64,000 nt of DNA, taken from Thermoplasmata archaeon (GTDB lineage Archaea > Thermoplasmatota > Thermoplasmata > Sysuiplasmatales > Sysuiplasmataceae). The translations under genes were made by a program, and so were the position numbers. Where the stretch lies: assembly GCA_021817225.1 (NCBI GenBank), contig JAKAVR010000002.1:17240-81239 (forward strand), given 5' to 3'. This document shows, piece by piece, positions 39,689 to 48,343 of the stretch (within the stretch, counting starts at the first letter, position 1; every line of letters starts with the position of its first letter). The notes under the pieces were generated by a model that was not told the origin of the DNA, did not search any database, and saw nothing but the letters and a program-made list of their open reading frames with translations.

Positions 39689-42001
39689 ATGAAGAAACTG
39701 GTCATCAGCGAGAAGAACAGTGTCGCGATCAGACTCGCCACAATTCTCTCCTCCGCGAAATTCAAGAGGGATTATGCGTCCGGCGTCCCAATTTACAAAT
39801 TTGATGTCGAAGGGACCGAATACGCCATTATGGGCCTCAGGGGACATATCGTTGAGCTTGACTATCCGCCTGAGTATAACGACTGGATGAAGGTGGACCC
39901 CAAACACCTGGTATATGCTGAGCCGTACAAGAGAGTCACTTTCAGGAAGGCGGTGGACGCCCTGATCAAAGAGGCACGCGATTCAGACTGGGTGATAATC
40001 GCAACCGACTTCGACAGAGAGGGGGAACTTATAGGGCTGGAGGCACTCGAACTCCTGCAGTCTGGGAAGGAAGCTTCGAAAGTAGGCACGGATGGAGGAT
40101 TCCTGCCCAACGTAAATGTGAAGAGGGCAAGGTTCAGCAGCCTGGGAAGGAACGACGTGCTCAAGGCGTTTGAGAACCTGAATGAGCCGGATGTCAGGCT
40201 TGCCAGGTCAGCCGAGTGCAGACAGGTCATAGACCTTGTCTGGGGCGCAACACTCACGAGGATGATTTCAATCAGCGCAAACCAGGTCGGGAAGAACTTC
40301 CTTTCTGTAGGAAGGGTGCAGAGCCCGACGCTCTCATTGATTTCAAAAAGGGAAATCGAAATAGAGAAATTCGAGCCCAAGAAATTCTACGAAATCAAAG
40401 GTGTCGCCAAAAAGGATAAGGAATTCCAGACATGGCACAAGTCGAACCCGTTTTGGTCGGAAGAGGAAGTCAAAACGGTCTTTGAAAAGGTCAGGGAAGT
40501 CAGGAAGGGCACAATCAAGAGCGTGATTGCTGAAGAAAAGGAAGAATATCCTCCACCACCGTTTTCCACTACACTCTTTCTTATCGAAGCAACAAGGCTC
40601 GGCTACTCAGGAGCCGAGGCCATGGACATAGCAGAACGGCTGTATTCAAGCGGCATAATTTCCTATCCAAGGACTGACAATACTGTCTACCCGAGGTCGC
40701 TGTATCTCAAGGGAATCCTTGAGAAATTCAAGGGCACCGAATTCGAATCGGAGGCGACCGAGATACTCGCGCAGGACAGGCTCATACCATCACGTGGCCA
40801 GACTGAGACCACTGACCATCCGCCAATATATCCGGTGGAGGCGGTGTCTAGAAAGAAGATTGGAAAGAGAGAGTGGCCAGTATACGAGCTCGTAGTCAGG
40901 AGATTCTTCGCGACAGTTGCGCCCAAGACTTCCTACAGGGAGACGGACATCGAACTTGAAATCGGTGGCGAGCCCTTCGCAGCCAAGGGAAGAGAACTGC
41001 TCAGGGAAGGATGGCGCCGGTACTATCCATATTTCAAATTCAATGAGTCAATCGTTCCTGAACTTAAGGAAGGCGATACTGTGGATGTGGAGAGTCTCCA
41101 TATTCACGAGGACAAGACCAAGCCTCCCAGCAGGTATTCACAGGGTTCCCTGATAAGGGAAATGGAAAAGAAGGGTCTTGGGACAAAAAGCACCAGGCAT
41201 GAGATAATACAGAAACTCATTGACAGGAAATACATACAGGGGCAGACGATCAAACCGACATTGACGGGCCGATCTGTTTCCACAGCACTGGAACAGTCCG
41301 CCCCCGAGATATGTGACAGCAAGATGACTTCCCACCTCGAGGAGGACATGGACAGAATTGCAGAGGGTGCGGCGGAGATGAAGGAAGTCGTCGACGAATC
41401 GAGAGAGATGCTAATCTCAATCGTTGACGAAATAAAGACCAACAATACGCAGATTGGCAATATGATCAAGGAGGCAATTCTTCAGGAAAAGAGAATAGGC
41501 AAATGCCCTTCATGCGGTGGCGATCTGCGCATTGTTGAAGGCCCGCAGAACAAGTTTGTCGGATGTTCCAACTATCCGGAGTGCAGGGTCACCTATTCAC
41601 TTCCTGCCGGTTATCTCGTTCAGCCCACCGACAAGGAATGCGACAAATGCGGTCTTCCACTCATAAAGCTGATAACAAGAGGGCAGAAGCCTGTCGAATC
41701 ATGTGTTGACCCCAACTGTGAGACGAACAGAATGACCGGCTCCATAGGCAAGTGCCCAAAATGCGGCAAACAGCTGCGTGTTGTCAGGTCACAGCGTGGC
41801 AAGCGGTTCCTTGGATGCGAAGGGTATCCCTCATGCGATGTAACATACCCCCTGCCGCAGTTTGGCACGATTAACTCACTCGGAACCGCATGCGAGGCAT
41901 GTGGCGCGCCAATGATGGAGGTAAGCTCCGGCAGGAAGGGGAAGTGGAAGCTCTGCCCCAACATGAACTGCCCGAGCAAGAAGAAAAATTCCAAGGCATA
42001 A
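39689..42001 (+). CDS. topA: DNA topoisomerase IA with C-terminal zinc ribbons
   Basis: Toprim N-terminus (LVISEKNSVA, IIATDFDREGE). The catalytic Tyr region SYPRTD is present. The C-terminus carries three or more C4 ribbons (CPSCGG...CSNYPEC, CDKCG...CVDPNC, CPKCGK...CEGYPSC). Confidence 0.85.
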   Translation: MKKLVISEKNSVAIRLATILSSAKFKRDYASGVPIYKFDVEGTEYAIMGLRGHIVELDYPPEYNDWMKVDPKHLVYAEPYKRVTFRKAVDALIKEARDSDWVIIATDFDREGELIGLEALELLQSGKEASKVGTDGGFLPNVNVKRARFSSLGRNDVLKAFENLNEPDVRLARSAECRQVIDLVWGATLTRMISISANQVGKNFLSVGRVQSPTLSLISKREIEIEKFEPKKFYEIKGVAKKDKEFQTWHKSNPFWSEEEVKTVFEKVREVRKGTIKSVIAEEKEEYPPPPFSTTLFLIEATRLGYSGAEAMDIAERLYSSGIISYPRTDNTVYPRSLYLKGILEKFKGTEFESEATEILAQDRLIPSRGQTETTDHPPIYPVEAVSRKKIGKREWPVYELVVRRFFATVAPKTSYRETDIELEIGGEPFAAKGRELLREGWRRYYPYFKFNESIVPELKEGDTVDVESLHIHEDKTKPPSRYSQGSLIREMEKKGLGTKSTRHEIIQKLIDRKYIQGQTIKPTLTGRSVSTALEQSAPEICDSKMTSHLEEDMDRIAEGAAEMKEVVDESREMLISIVDEIKTNNTQIGNMIKEAILQEKRIGKCPSCGGDLRIVEGPQNKFVGCSNYPECRVTYSLPAGYLVQPTDKECDKCGLPLIKLITRGQKPVESCVDPNCETNRMTGSIGKCPKCGKQLRVVRSQRGKRFLGCEGYPSCDVTYPLPQFGTINSLGTACEACGAPMMEVSSGRKGKWKLCPNMNCPSKKKNSKA

Positions 42002-42110
42002 TTGTTATATTTTGATCTCGATCCCTGTAAAGCAAAGTTCATATAGTGAATAATGTACAATAAGAATCAGAAGGGAGGGATGGGCGAATTATTCTTTCCA
42101 TTCCCTTCCA

Positions 42111-42134
42111 GGGTGAGGTTCCCCCACCTCACCC
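42111..42134. terminator. GC-rich hairpin between convergent topA and the bPH_2 gene
   Basis: gggtgagg-ttcccccа-cctcaccc is an 8-bp stem with an 8-nt loop, in the 150-nt convergent intergenic space. Confidence 0.3.
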
Positions 42135-42150
42135 AAAACAACTCCTGCTT

Positions 42151-42888
42151 TCAGAGAGCTTTTGCCTTGAGTTCCGACTGAATCTGCTTCAGCTCGTATG
42201 AACTGCTCGATTTGTTCACGTAATCGGCAATCGCGTTCCGGATGAGATAAGGATGCTTGACGCCGTAAAAGCACTCGCTTGGAAGAGCCCTCGGAACATC
42301 TGTTCCCTTGACCGATACGGATCCGCTCATCTTCTCCTGCCCCGAGACATTCATGCCTGTCCCCAGGCCCGCGGCAGTTATTGGCACCACATTGCCGAAT
42401 GAGAAAATTCGGCCCAGCACACTTACATGGACATCGACATCTACTATGTTTTCGTATCTCATATAGAGTTCATTGTAGGTCAGGAACTTTCTGATCATGG
42501 CTATCCTGAGGTTCGTGATATAATAACGGTAGGACCTCCTGTAGAATTCGGCGATGAGGAATGCGAGAATCCCGGCCCCGGCTGTAACGGATGCGAGAAA
42601 CACCACACTATTAGCCCTGAAAAAAGGAACGGATCGGAGCGCAAAGGATGACAGCACCACAAGGACAACTATGAAGCAAAAAGTGACCCAGTGCCTGTGC
42701 CTTCTCGTGAGGTATAACGAGAATATGCCCAGGAGGAAAGTCACTATGATCCAGAAGAACACTGCGCTGTTATTACTTGTTGAACCGAACAGAAATGTGA
42801 GGTACTGCGACGCGTAATTGATATCATGCTGGAGGTGTGACTGCCAGTACGCTGTCCCCACAAATGCGTAGTATATCGCCCCCCACAA
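42151..42888 (-). CDS. membrane protein with a bacterial-type PH domain (bPH_2, YdbT/DUF304-like)
   Basis: N-terminal TM helices, then YYITNLRIAMIRKFLTYNELYMRYENIVDVDVHVSVLGRIFSFGNV, which is bPH_2-like. It has its own TATATAAG-containing upstream region (about 43005-43020). Confidence 0.5.
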   Translation of the reverse strand: MWGAIYYAFVGTAYWQSHLQHDINYASQYLTFLFGSTSNNSAVFFWIIVTFLLGIFSLYLTRRHRHWVTFCFIVVLVVLSSFALRSVPFFRANSVVFLASVTAGAGILAFLIAEFYRRSYRYYITNLRIAMIRKFLTYNELYMRYENIVDVDVHVSVLGRIFSFGNVVPITAAGLGTGMNVSGQEKMSGSVSVKGTDVPRALPSECFYGVKHPYLIRNAIADYVNKSSSSYELKQIQSELKAKAL

Positions 42889-43144
42889 AAAAAGCAGGAC
42901 ACCGACACCATAAAGCTTTATGAAAGAGGTTCTGCTGGGATGTATCTTCTTGACAAGTTTTTCATCGGGGAAGAGCTGTATATCCGTTGATATACCATCC
43001 TTTGAGTCTTATATACCAGCCTGCTGACTGCAGGTGTATGATGTGCGCCATTATTTAATCCATCTTATATGGCAGACGCATGCTGATTCGGAGGCAATAA
43101 ATGCATTACATTATACGGGTAGCTGGGACAGGATGTCGTCGCCG

Positions 43145-43600
43145 TCAGGAGCCAAGCACAATTGATAACCTTCTCAGCTTGCTCCGTATGTTTCTATCTA
43201 GTCTGACGAATTGCCAGCGCATTAGCACCCTGCCATATCTAGATACGAAGCTGACGCTGCATGTTCTCATCAATCTGTCATAAGTGCGAGTCTCGATTCT
43301 GAGTCCTGAAACATAATCGAGGCTGATGCTCTTTCCCCTGAGCAGCACGCTGCTCGTGACGCGACTGTCGGAAACTGCATATTTCGTGCCCAACCACACA
43401 GCCACCGGAAACAAGAACACAACGCAGCAGACCATCCATTCGGCAGGGCGCAGCAGGGATGGGAATGCAAGTCCGAATTCAGACACAACGCTGTTTACCA
43501 TCATAAACTGGAAACCAAAGAGAAGGGATAGAAGCAGCCCTGCAATCGCATAGGGACTCAAACATGGTCGTGCATGAATGTCATGGGCAACCTTCATCAC
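43145..43600 (-). CDS. small membrane protein with a bPH_2 domain (YdbS-like); last gene of the T4SS-like operon
   Basis: Two N-terminal TM helices, then YAVSDSRVTSSVLLRGKSISLDYVSGLRIETRTYDRLMRTCSVSF. Its start overlaps the stop of the upstream gene by 4 nt. Confidence 0.5.
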   Translation of the reverse strand: MMKVAHDIHARPCLSPYAIAGLLLSLLFGFQFMMVNSVVSEFGLAFPSLLRPAEWMVCCVVFLFPVAVWLGTKYAVSDSRVTSSVLLRGKSISLDYVSGLRIETRTYDRLMRTCSVSFVSRYGRVLMRWQFVRLDRNIRSKLRRLSIVLGS

Positions 43601-44289
43601 TTCTTCCCTCCTTCTCCCGCACAGTCTGCAGGCATATCCCGAATCAGTGTCCTCTCCTTTGCAAGAAGACCGGCAAGCATGCCCGCATTGAAGGAGAGGT
43701 CAACGAGAGATTTCATCGAATTTTCGACCGAAAAATCCTCAAGCGCTTTCCCGCAATCGCGCTCAATTCCCCCTTCGGTGTAATGCTTTGAGTCATCCAG
43801 CACAGAGCCGAGATGTATCGAGACCATATCCGCCCCCGGAATGAAATTCATTGAATCCATTTTTCCAAGCAGCCTCTCCGCTTCGTTCCTGTGCCTGTTG
43901 TACTCATCGGAAATTTCAGTCGTTCCGGAGTAATTGCCCCTGTCGAAGGAAACAGGAAGGGATAGCTGCACATTGCCGATCGCAGTAACGGAGGAGAAAG
44001 CCAATTGGCTCTTCTGCAGCGTGTCCAATTCCCCCTTGAGCCAACCGGACCAGAATGCGATCTCGATGAGCGTTGATGCTTGATCGTCGGCTGAGATGCC
44101 TGCGTTAGGCGGCGAATTATCCACAAGCCTGTGTCTTATCCTGTCGGCCCACCACATGTTGGAACCGTCACTGTCGCTCAGAATTGCCTCCGCTTCACTG
44201 ACCTCTGATTCCACCTCCTTCAGCCAGGTGGACAGCATTGATCCGAAGAAACTCATTCTCTTGCTGCAGTCAACTGGCAGCCGCTTCAT
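43597..44289 (-). CDS. hypothetical soluble protein (operon member)
   Basis: About 230 aa from the M at 44289 (an ATGA overlap with the VirB4-like stop). No recognisable motif and no TM helix. Confidence 0.4.
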   Translation of the reverse strand: MKRLPVDCSKRMSFFGSMLSTWLKEVESEVSEAEAILSDSDGSNMWWADRIRHRLVDNSPPNAGISADDQASTLIEIAFWSGWLKGELDTLQKSQLAFSSVTAIGNVQLSLPVSFDRGNYSGTTEISDEYNRHRNEAERLLGKMDSMNFIPGADMVSIHLGSVLDDSKHYTEGGIERDCGKALEDFSVENSMKSLVDLSFNAGMLAGLLAKERTLIRDMPADCAGEGGKK

Positions 44290-45989
44290 GCATGCATCGC
44301 CTCCCCGATTAGGCAGACGGCTTCGTCCAACTTCGAAATGGCCATGATACTCATCAGGGCTGAGGGCGTCACCGGTAGCTTTGGTTCGGAGTTGCACACT
44401 TCCCTTTCCTCATCACTGCAGTGAACAATGAGGGGTACCTTCATGCCGGAAGTGACGAGGATGCACTTTCCGACGCCTTCTGTCCTCGGGTGTGAGGAGG
44501 CAATAAACTCCAAATCGCCGTCATTAAGCTCAAAGAACGATCGCATTCTCATGCTCAGTTTTTCATGGCGGAAGACAAAGAAATGGCTGCAGTTGTTCAG
44601 CAGACCGCCGTCCGGGTCCTGACTCAGAAAATCATCGAAATTCTGCGAAGCAAGCAGGACGCTCAACCCATAATGGCGTGAATGCCTCATTAGCTCGGAA
44701 ACGAAGGCGGATGATGCGGGACTCCTTGAAACTGTCCAGGCCTCGTCGAGAACGAGAGTCTTCCTGCCATGGGCCCTTCTGCACAACTCGAATACAAGGC
44801 CAGAAACGAGGCAGATGACATCTTCAAGCATTCCCTTGCTGACAGAACCCATGTCAAAGACAATATGGCCGCCGTTTCCGGAAAGAACGCATTTTCCTTC
44901 AAGCAGGAAGGACATCCTGGAAATGTCCGCCATGTTGCCCCCAAATGAGAGCTCTGCATCATGCAGGTGAGGCAGCGCTTCGAAGAATGAAGATAGGTAC
45001 TGTTCAGAATTGTCGGTCGCATACTTAGTGAGCAGTTGCCTGAATACGACTCCTTCCCTTTCAGTCAGCTTGAAAATACTCTGGACAAAGCGAGTCAGGT
45101 AATGGGCGAATGTAATTGCTTCTGACATTTTGAGCGAGCCGAGGCCAAGACCCTCATGAAAGACGTTGACTACCTCAGCACCCGACTGGAGGCCAACAGC
45201 AAAAAACTCACCCAGGGGATCGATTACGAATATTCTGTTTGACGCGAAGCCTGACTCCCTCAGCATTAACAGCTTCATGAAAAAACTCTTGCCGCTTCCG
45301 CTCTTGCCGATTACGACCGAATTGTAGTTCGGGGTCGAAAAACGATCATGGACAACCGGAGTGCCATCTATTGCATTACAGCCAACGGGAACGCCCATCT
45401 CCTGCAACAAGGGGGACTGGGTGAAAGGAACCAGGGCGGGAAGGGATGAAGTGCTCACAATCGGGCATCTGTCGAAGGAGGGAACAGTTCCTGGAGAAAA
45501 ATCGGCCAATACCTTGAACTGCAGATACTTCAGCCTTGAGTAACGGACGGAAAAGGCCTTCAGCTCGCTCGTAAGCAATTCCGTCCGTTCCCTTAACTCC
45601 GAGCCTGTCTCGGCAACAACCGCAAAAAGAAGAGATGCATAGAAGAGCCTCGTCCTGTCTGATCGCAGCTCAGAAAGGAGCTGCCTCCCGAGTTCAAGCC
45701 TCGTCTCCTGGTAATCTGCCGTTCTGCCTGCGTTCACCCTGTCGAGAATCTCAGCCGACAGGTTGAGCGTGGACCTTTCTACCATTAAAATGGATCTCTC
45801 TTTTGAAATCTGGAAAAGGGACACTGATGCACCCAGGAAAGGAAGACGCAGGAGCATATCCGACAGCCAGTCTGAGGGAAGATTGAACGGAAATCCTGTC
45901 ACAAAGATGAAGGTGATCCGCCTCTTTCCGATATCCGCCCTTTCAATCCCGTTTGCGCTCCGGTGACGATTGTGGAACACAAGATTCAC
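44286..45989 (-). CDS. VirB4/TrbE/CedB-like conjugation-type ATPase
   Basis: Walker A VVIGKSGSGKSFFMKLL, the motif FVIDPLGEF, and Walker B TLVLDEAWTV (the DEAW hallmark of VirB4/AAA_10), then LLASQNFDDF. About 250 aa of N-terminal non-ATPase domain; 567 aa, as in archaeal CedB. Confidence 0.65.
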   Translation of the reverse strand: MNLVFHNRHRSANGIERADIGKRRITFIFVTGFPFNLPSDWLSDMLLRLPFLGASVSLFQISKERSILMVERSTLNLSAEILDRVNAGRTADYQETRLELGRQLLSELRSDRTRLFYASLLFAVVAETGSELRERTELLTSELKAFSVRYSRLKYLQFKVLADFSPGTVPSFDRCPIVSTSSLPALVPFTQSPLLQEMGVPVGCNAIDGTPVVHDRFSTPNYNSVVIGKSGSGKSFFMKLLMLRESGFASNRIFVIDPLGEFFAVGLQSGAEVVNVFHEGLGLGSLKMSEAITFAHYLTRFVQSIFKLTEREGVVFRQLLTKYATDNSEQYLSSFFEALPHLHDAELSFGGNMADISRMSFLLEGKCVLSGNGGHIVFDMGSVSKGMLEDVICLVSGLVFELCRRAHGRKTLVLDEAWTVSRSPASSAFVSELMRHSRHYGLSVLLASQNFDDFLSQDPDGGLLNNCSHFFVFRHEKLSMRMRSFFELNDGDLEFIASSHPRTEGVGKCILVTSGMKVPLIVHCSDEEREVCNSEPKLPVTPSALMSIMAISKLDEAVCLIGEAMHA

Positions 45990-46636
45990 TGCATCACCCT
46001 CTGTAGAAGCATTGAGTCCACGAGCGGATGGACAGACGACGGGTCACACAATGGAGTGGTGTCTGATGCCGTACCTCCGATGAATGCTGGCGGTGCCTGG
46101 CCCTCCCGCGTCGAGAGATAGAATGAGCGAAGGCCGGCAGTTTCGCTTCCGGAAAGCTGCACATTCATATCGCCTGGGACGCCGTCATCAATTCCCGGGA
46201 TTGCCAGGAAGCGGATGCACCCCCGTGCGGACAAACAGAAGGATAGGAACGAATCAAGAAAAGTTTCCTTTTCCGCCTTCAGGGCGCATGCATAGTTGAC
46301 ATTGTCAAGCCTATACACAGACATGGTCAAGTCCACGGACCGTATTGACCTGCCAATCTCGTGCTTCGGGTTCCTTCCGACAAGCCTGTATTCAAGGAAA
46401 GCACTGAACAATTCGAAAGGGTGTTCGCCCCTCCGTTCGTGGATTACAAGGACCAAGGAAGCAGCCTGGAGAATAGGGGCAACGATGCAGGCGGCGATAT
46501 GAGATATCTCGTAGACAAGAAAGTCCAGCGGCAGGCAGGCTGTGAGCGTAAGGCACTCGACCGCTGTGAACGGGCCAAGAACGGCTGGAGAGTATGAGGT
46601 GGCCGCAGGAAAGCTGCACTCAGCTTGCATCTTCAT
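45986..46636 (-). CDS. hypothetical N-terminally membrane-anchored protein (VirB3/VirB8-position gene)
   Basis: 216 aa with one or two N-terminal hydrophobic helices, then a soluble domain. It overlaps the VirB4-like start by 4 nt. Confidence 0.35.
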   Translation of the reverse strand: MKMQAECSFPAATSYSPAVLGPFTAVECLTLTACLPLDFLVYEISHIAACIVAPILQAASLVLVIHERRGEHPFELFSAFLEYRLVGRNPKHEIGRSIRSVDLTMSVYRLDNVNYACALKAEKETFLDSFLSFCLSARGCIRFLAIPGIDDGVPGDMNVQLSGSETAGLRSFYLSTREGQAPPAFIGGTASDTTPLCDPSSVHPLVDSMLLQRVMQ

Positions 46637-47756
46637 TCACCCCCACGTATATCTTATGATGGCGCGATTTCGGGGCAGAGCGAAGTAATGCAGGATGTTT
46701 TGGAAAAACAGTCGCAGATGCTGGTGCAATCCTACCGCTTCCATGCCTTCCTGCCCTTGCTGTTGTTCCGAGAAATTTCCCAGCTACAGCTCTTCCGTGA
46801 GAGGTCCCTGTATTGAAGCTCCTCACCGTCTTATGCATGGATGGTCTCATGGCACCGTGCAGGCTGCCTCCCCTTGCATTTGTATGACCGGCCGGTCTCT
46901 GAGACGTCCGGAAGGGTGAGACGAGGAAACCGGCGGTGTAGGAGGCCAGACCGGCAGATGCGAAGGAGGCAGTCGTCAGCACAGTGGCTATAGTCGGCAT
47001 GCCGAAATACTGCATTATCCTGCTTCCTGCAGGAGATATTATGAAGGGCACGAAAAGAGGCAGGAGAAAAGTGCCGGCAATTATCAAAGGAGGCACCTGG
47101 AGTGAACTGAATGTTGAGTATGAAGTGACTATCCCGATCCTCAGGCCGACAGCCATGAAGAAGGGAAGGAATGCCATTTCTGCGAACAATCCCAATATTC
47201 GCCTTGAGAAGGGCCTGGTTGCACTGATTGACTCGCAAAGAAGAGCCAGCGGAAGCAATGCGGCCGTGAAGAAGACAAGAAGAGTCCTGAGAATCAGGAC
47301 CAGGTAAAGCAGCAGTGACGCTATCCCTATCAGAGCGATGGCACCAACGCTGTATCCGCCGAGGCCGGATGCCACCATGTTTGAGTAGCCGGATAGCTGA
47401 TTGTACGGAAGAACGAATGACGTCAGTGCGTCGTTGACATCCAGTGTCAGCTGAGCAAAATAGAGTGAAAAGGGCATTAGCACGACGGCGACAAGCAATC
47501 TTGAGAGCTGTCTGGAAGTCCCTGATCTGCCGTGAATAGGGACGCCGGTGAAAAGCGAGTAAGCAATAAGGGCTATCGCGATTGAGACAAGAGACTCCGA
47601 AATAAAGAGCACTGCCTCCCAGGCGCTGTAGGTCCCATTTGAAAAGAGTCCAGTGCTTACTGTCATTGCAGGAACTATGGCCTTCAGAATCGCAAGTATG
47701 CCGTTCTGGAAAAGGCCGTCAAAGGCCTGTGTAATCATTGAATCTATGCCTGACAT
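46620..47756 (-). CDS. polytopic membrane protein, VirB6/TrbL/CedA-like
   Basis: 378 aa with about 6-7 TM helices. A roughly 100-aa C-terminal low-complexity basic tail (RPAGHTNARGG...RHHK) resembles TrbL/VirB6 proteins. Its position between the pilin and VirB4 genes fits. Confidence 0.45.
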   Translation of the reverse strand: MSGIDSMITQAFDGLFQNGILAILKAIVPAMTVSTGLFSNGTYSAWEAVLFISESLVSIAIALIAYSLFTGVPIHGRSGTSRQLSRLLVAVVLMPFSLYFAQLTLDVNDALTSFVLPYNQLSGYSNMVASGLGGYSVGAIALIGIASLLLYLVLILRTLLVFFTAALLPLALLCESISATRPFSRRILGLFAEMAFLPFFMAVGLRIGIVTSYSTFSSLQVPPLIIAGTFLLPLFVPFIISPAGSRIMQYFGMPTIATVLTTASFASAGLASYTAGFLVSPFRTSQRPAGHTNARGGSLHGAMRPSMHKTVRSFNTGTSHGRAVAGKFLGTTARAGRHGSGRIAPASATVFPKHPALLRSAPKSRHHKIYVGVNEDAS

Positions 47757-47765
47757 GATAACAAC

Positions 47766-47870
47766 TCACGGGACAAGCGATTCTTCCACGAAGACTGCAA
47801 TTCTGTAGAGCACCAGCGCAAGGAGACTGCCAACGGCAACAACGAAAACAATGAGTGCTTTGCTTTCCAT
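47766..47870 (-). CDS. 34-aa single-TM peptide (not in the ORF track)
   Basis: Hand translation gives MESKALIVFVVAVGSLLALVLYRIAVFVEESLVP. It lies 2 nt after the pilin gene's stop and 9 nt before the VirB6-like start. Confidence 0.3.
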   Translation of the reverse strand: MESKALIVFVVAVGSLLALVLYRIAVFVEESLVP

Positions 47871-47872
47871 CC

Positions 47873-48223
47873 CTACACCACCAGAGACTGAGCGAGTTGC
47901 ACAAGAAACGAGGAGATGAAGAGCAGGAATATTCCGAATGTGACATCCATGAAGTACTTCCTAGCCTTCGATCTTGTTTCAGGATTTCCTGTGCTTGTCA
48001 TCCACATGTACGCGGTGACAATGTATCCTATCGCCGCAACTATAGTGCCCAGAGCCACCAGGAGATTCCTAACGTTCGTGAGTGTATTTGTGAGTTCCTG
48101 CTGCGGTGTGGCCGCTGCCGCCACGACTCCCGAAGTTGCCACAAGCGTCGCCATCAGCACAACAGGAAGACAGTATCCTGCACAAGCCCACTTTCCAAAG
48201 TGCGATTTGTTTCTTTCATTCAT
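47873..48223 (-). CDS. VirB2/TrbC-like conjugative pilin precursor (CedA1/TedC-like)
   Basis: 116 aa. Sec-type signal peptide with an AAA|TPQQ SPase I site. The roughly 78-aa mature part has two hydrophobic helices separated by a short basic loop (TSTGNPETRSKARKY). First gene of the operon. Confidence 0.45.
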   Translation of the reverse strand: MNERNKSHFGKWACAGYCLPVVLMATLVATSGVVAAAATPQQELTNTLTNVRNLLVALGTIVAAIGYIVTAYMWMTSTGNPETRSKARKYFMDVTFGIFLLFISSFLVQLAQSLVV

Positions 48224-48343
48224 CTGCTCACCATCCCCGCCACAAACCAGAAAATCTGACCTGTGCCGGAACGATTATTGGACCTGCTGTTCTAATTAAA
48301 AAGCCTGACTGATACATGTAACAGGTTAACAACTTTTTTCGGC

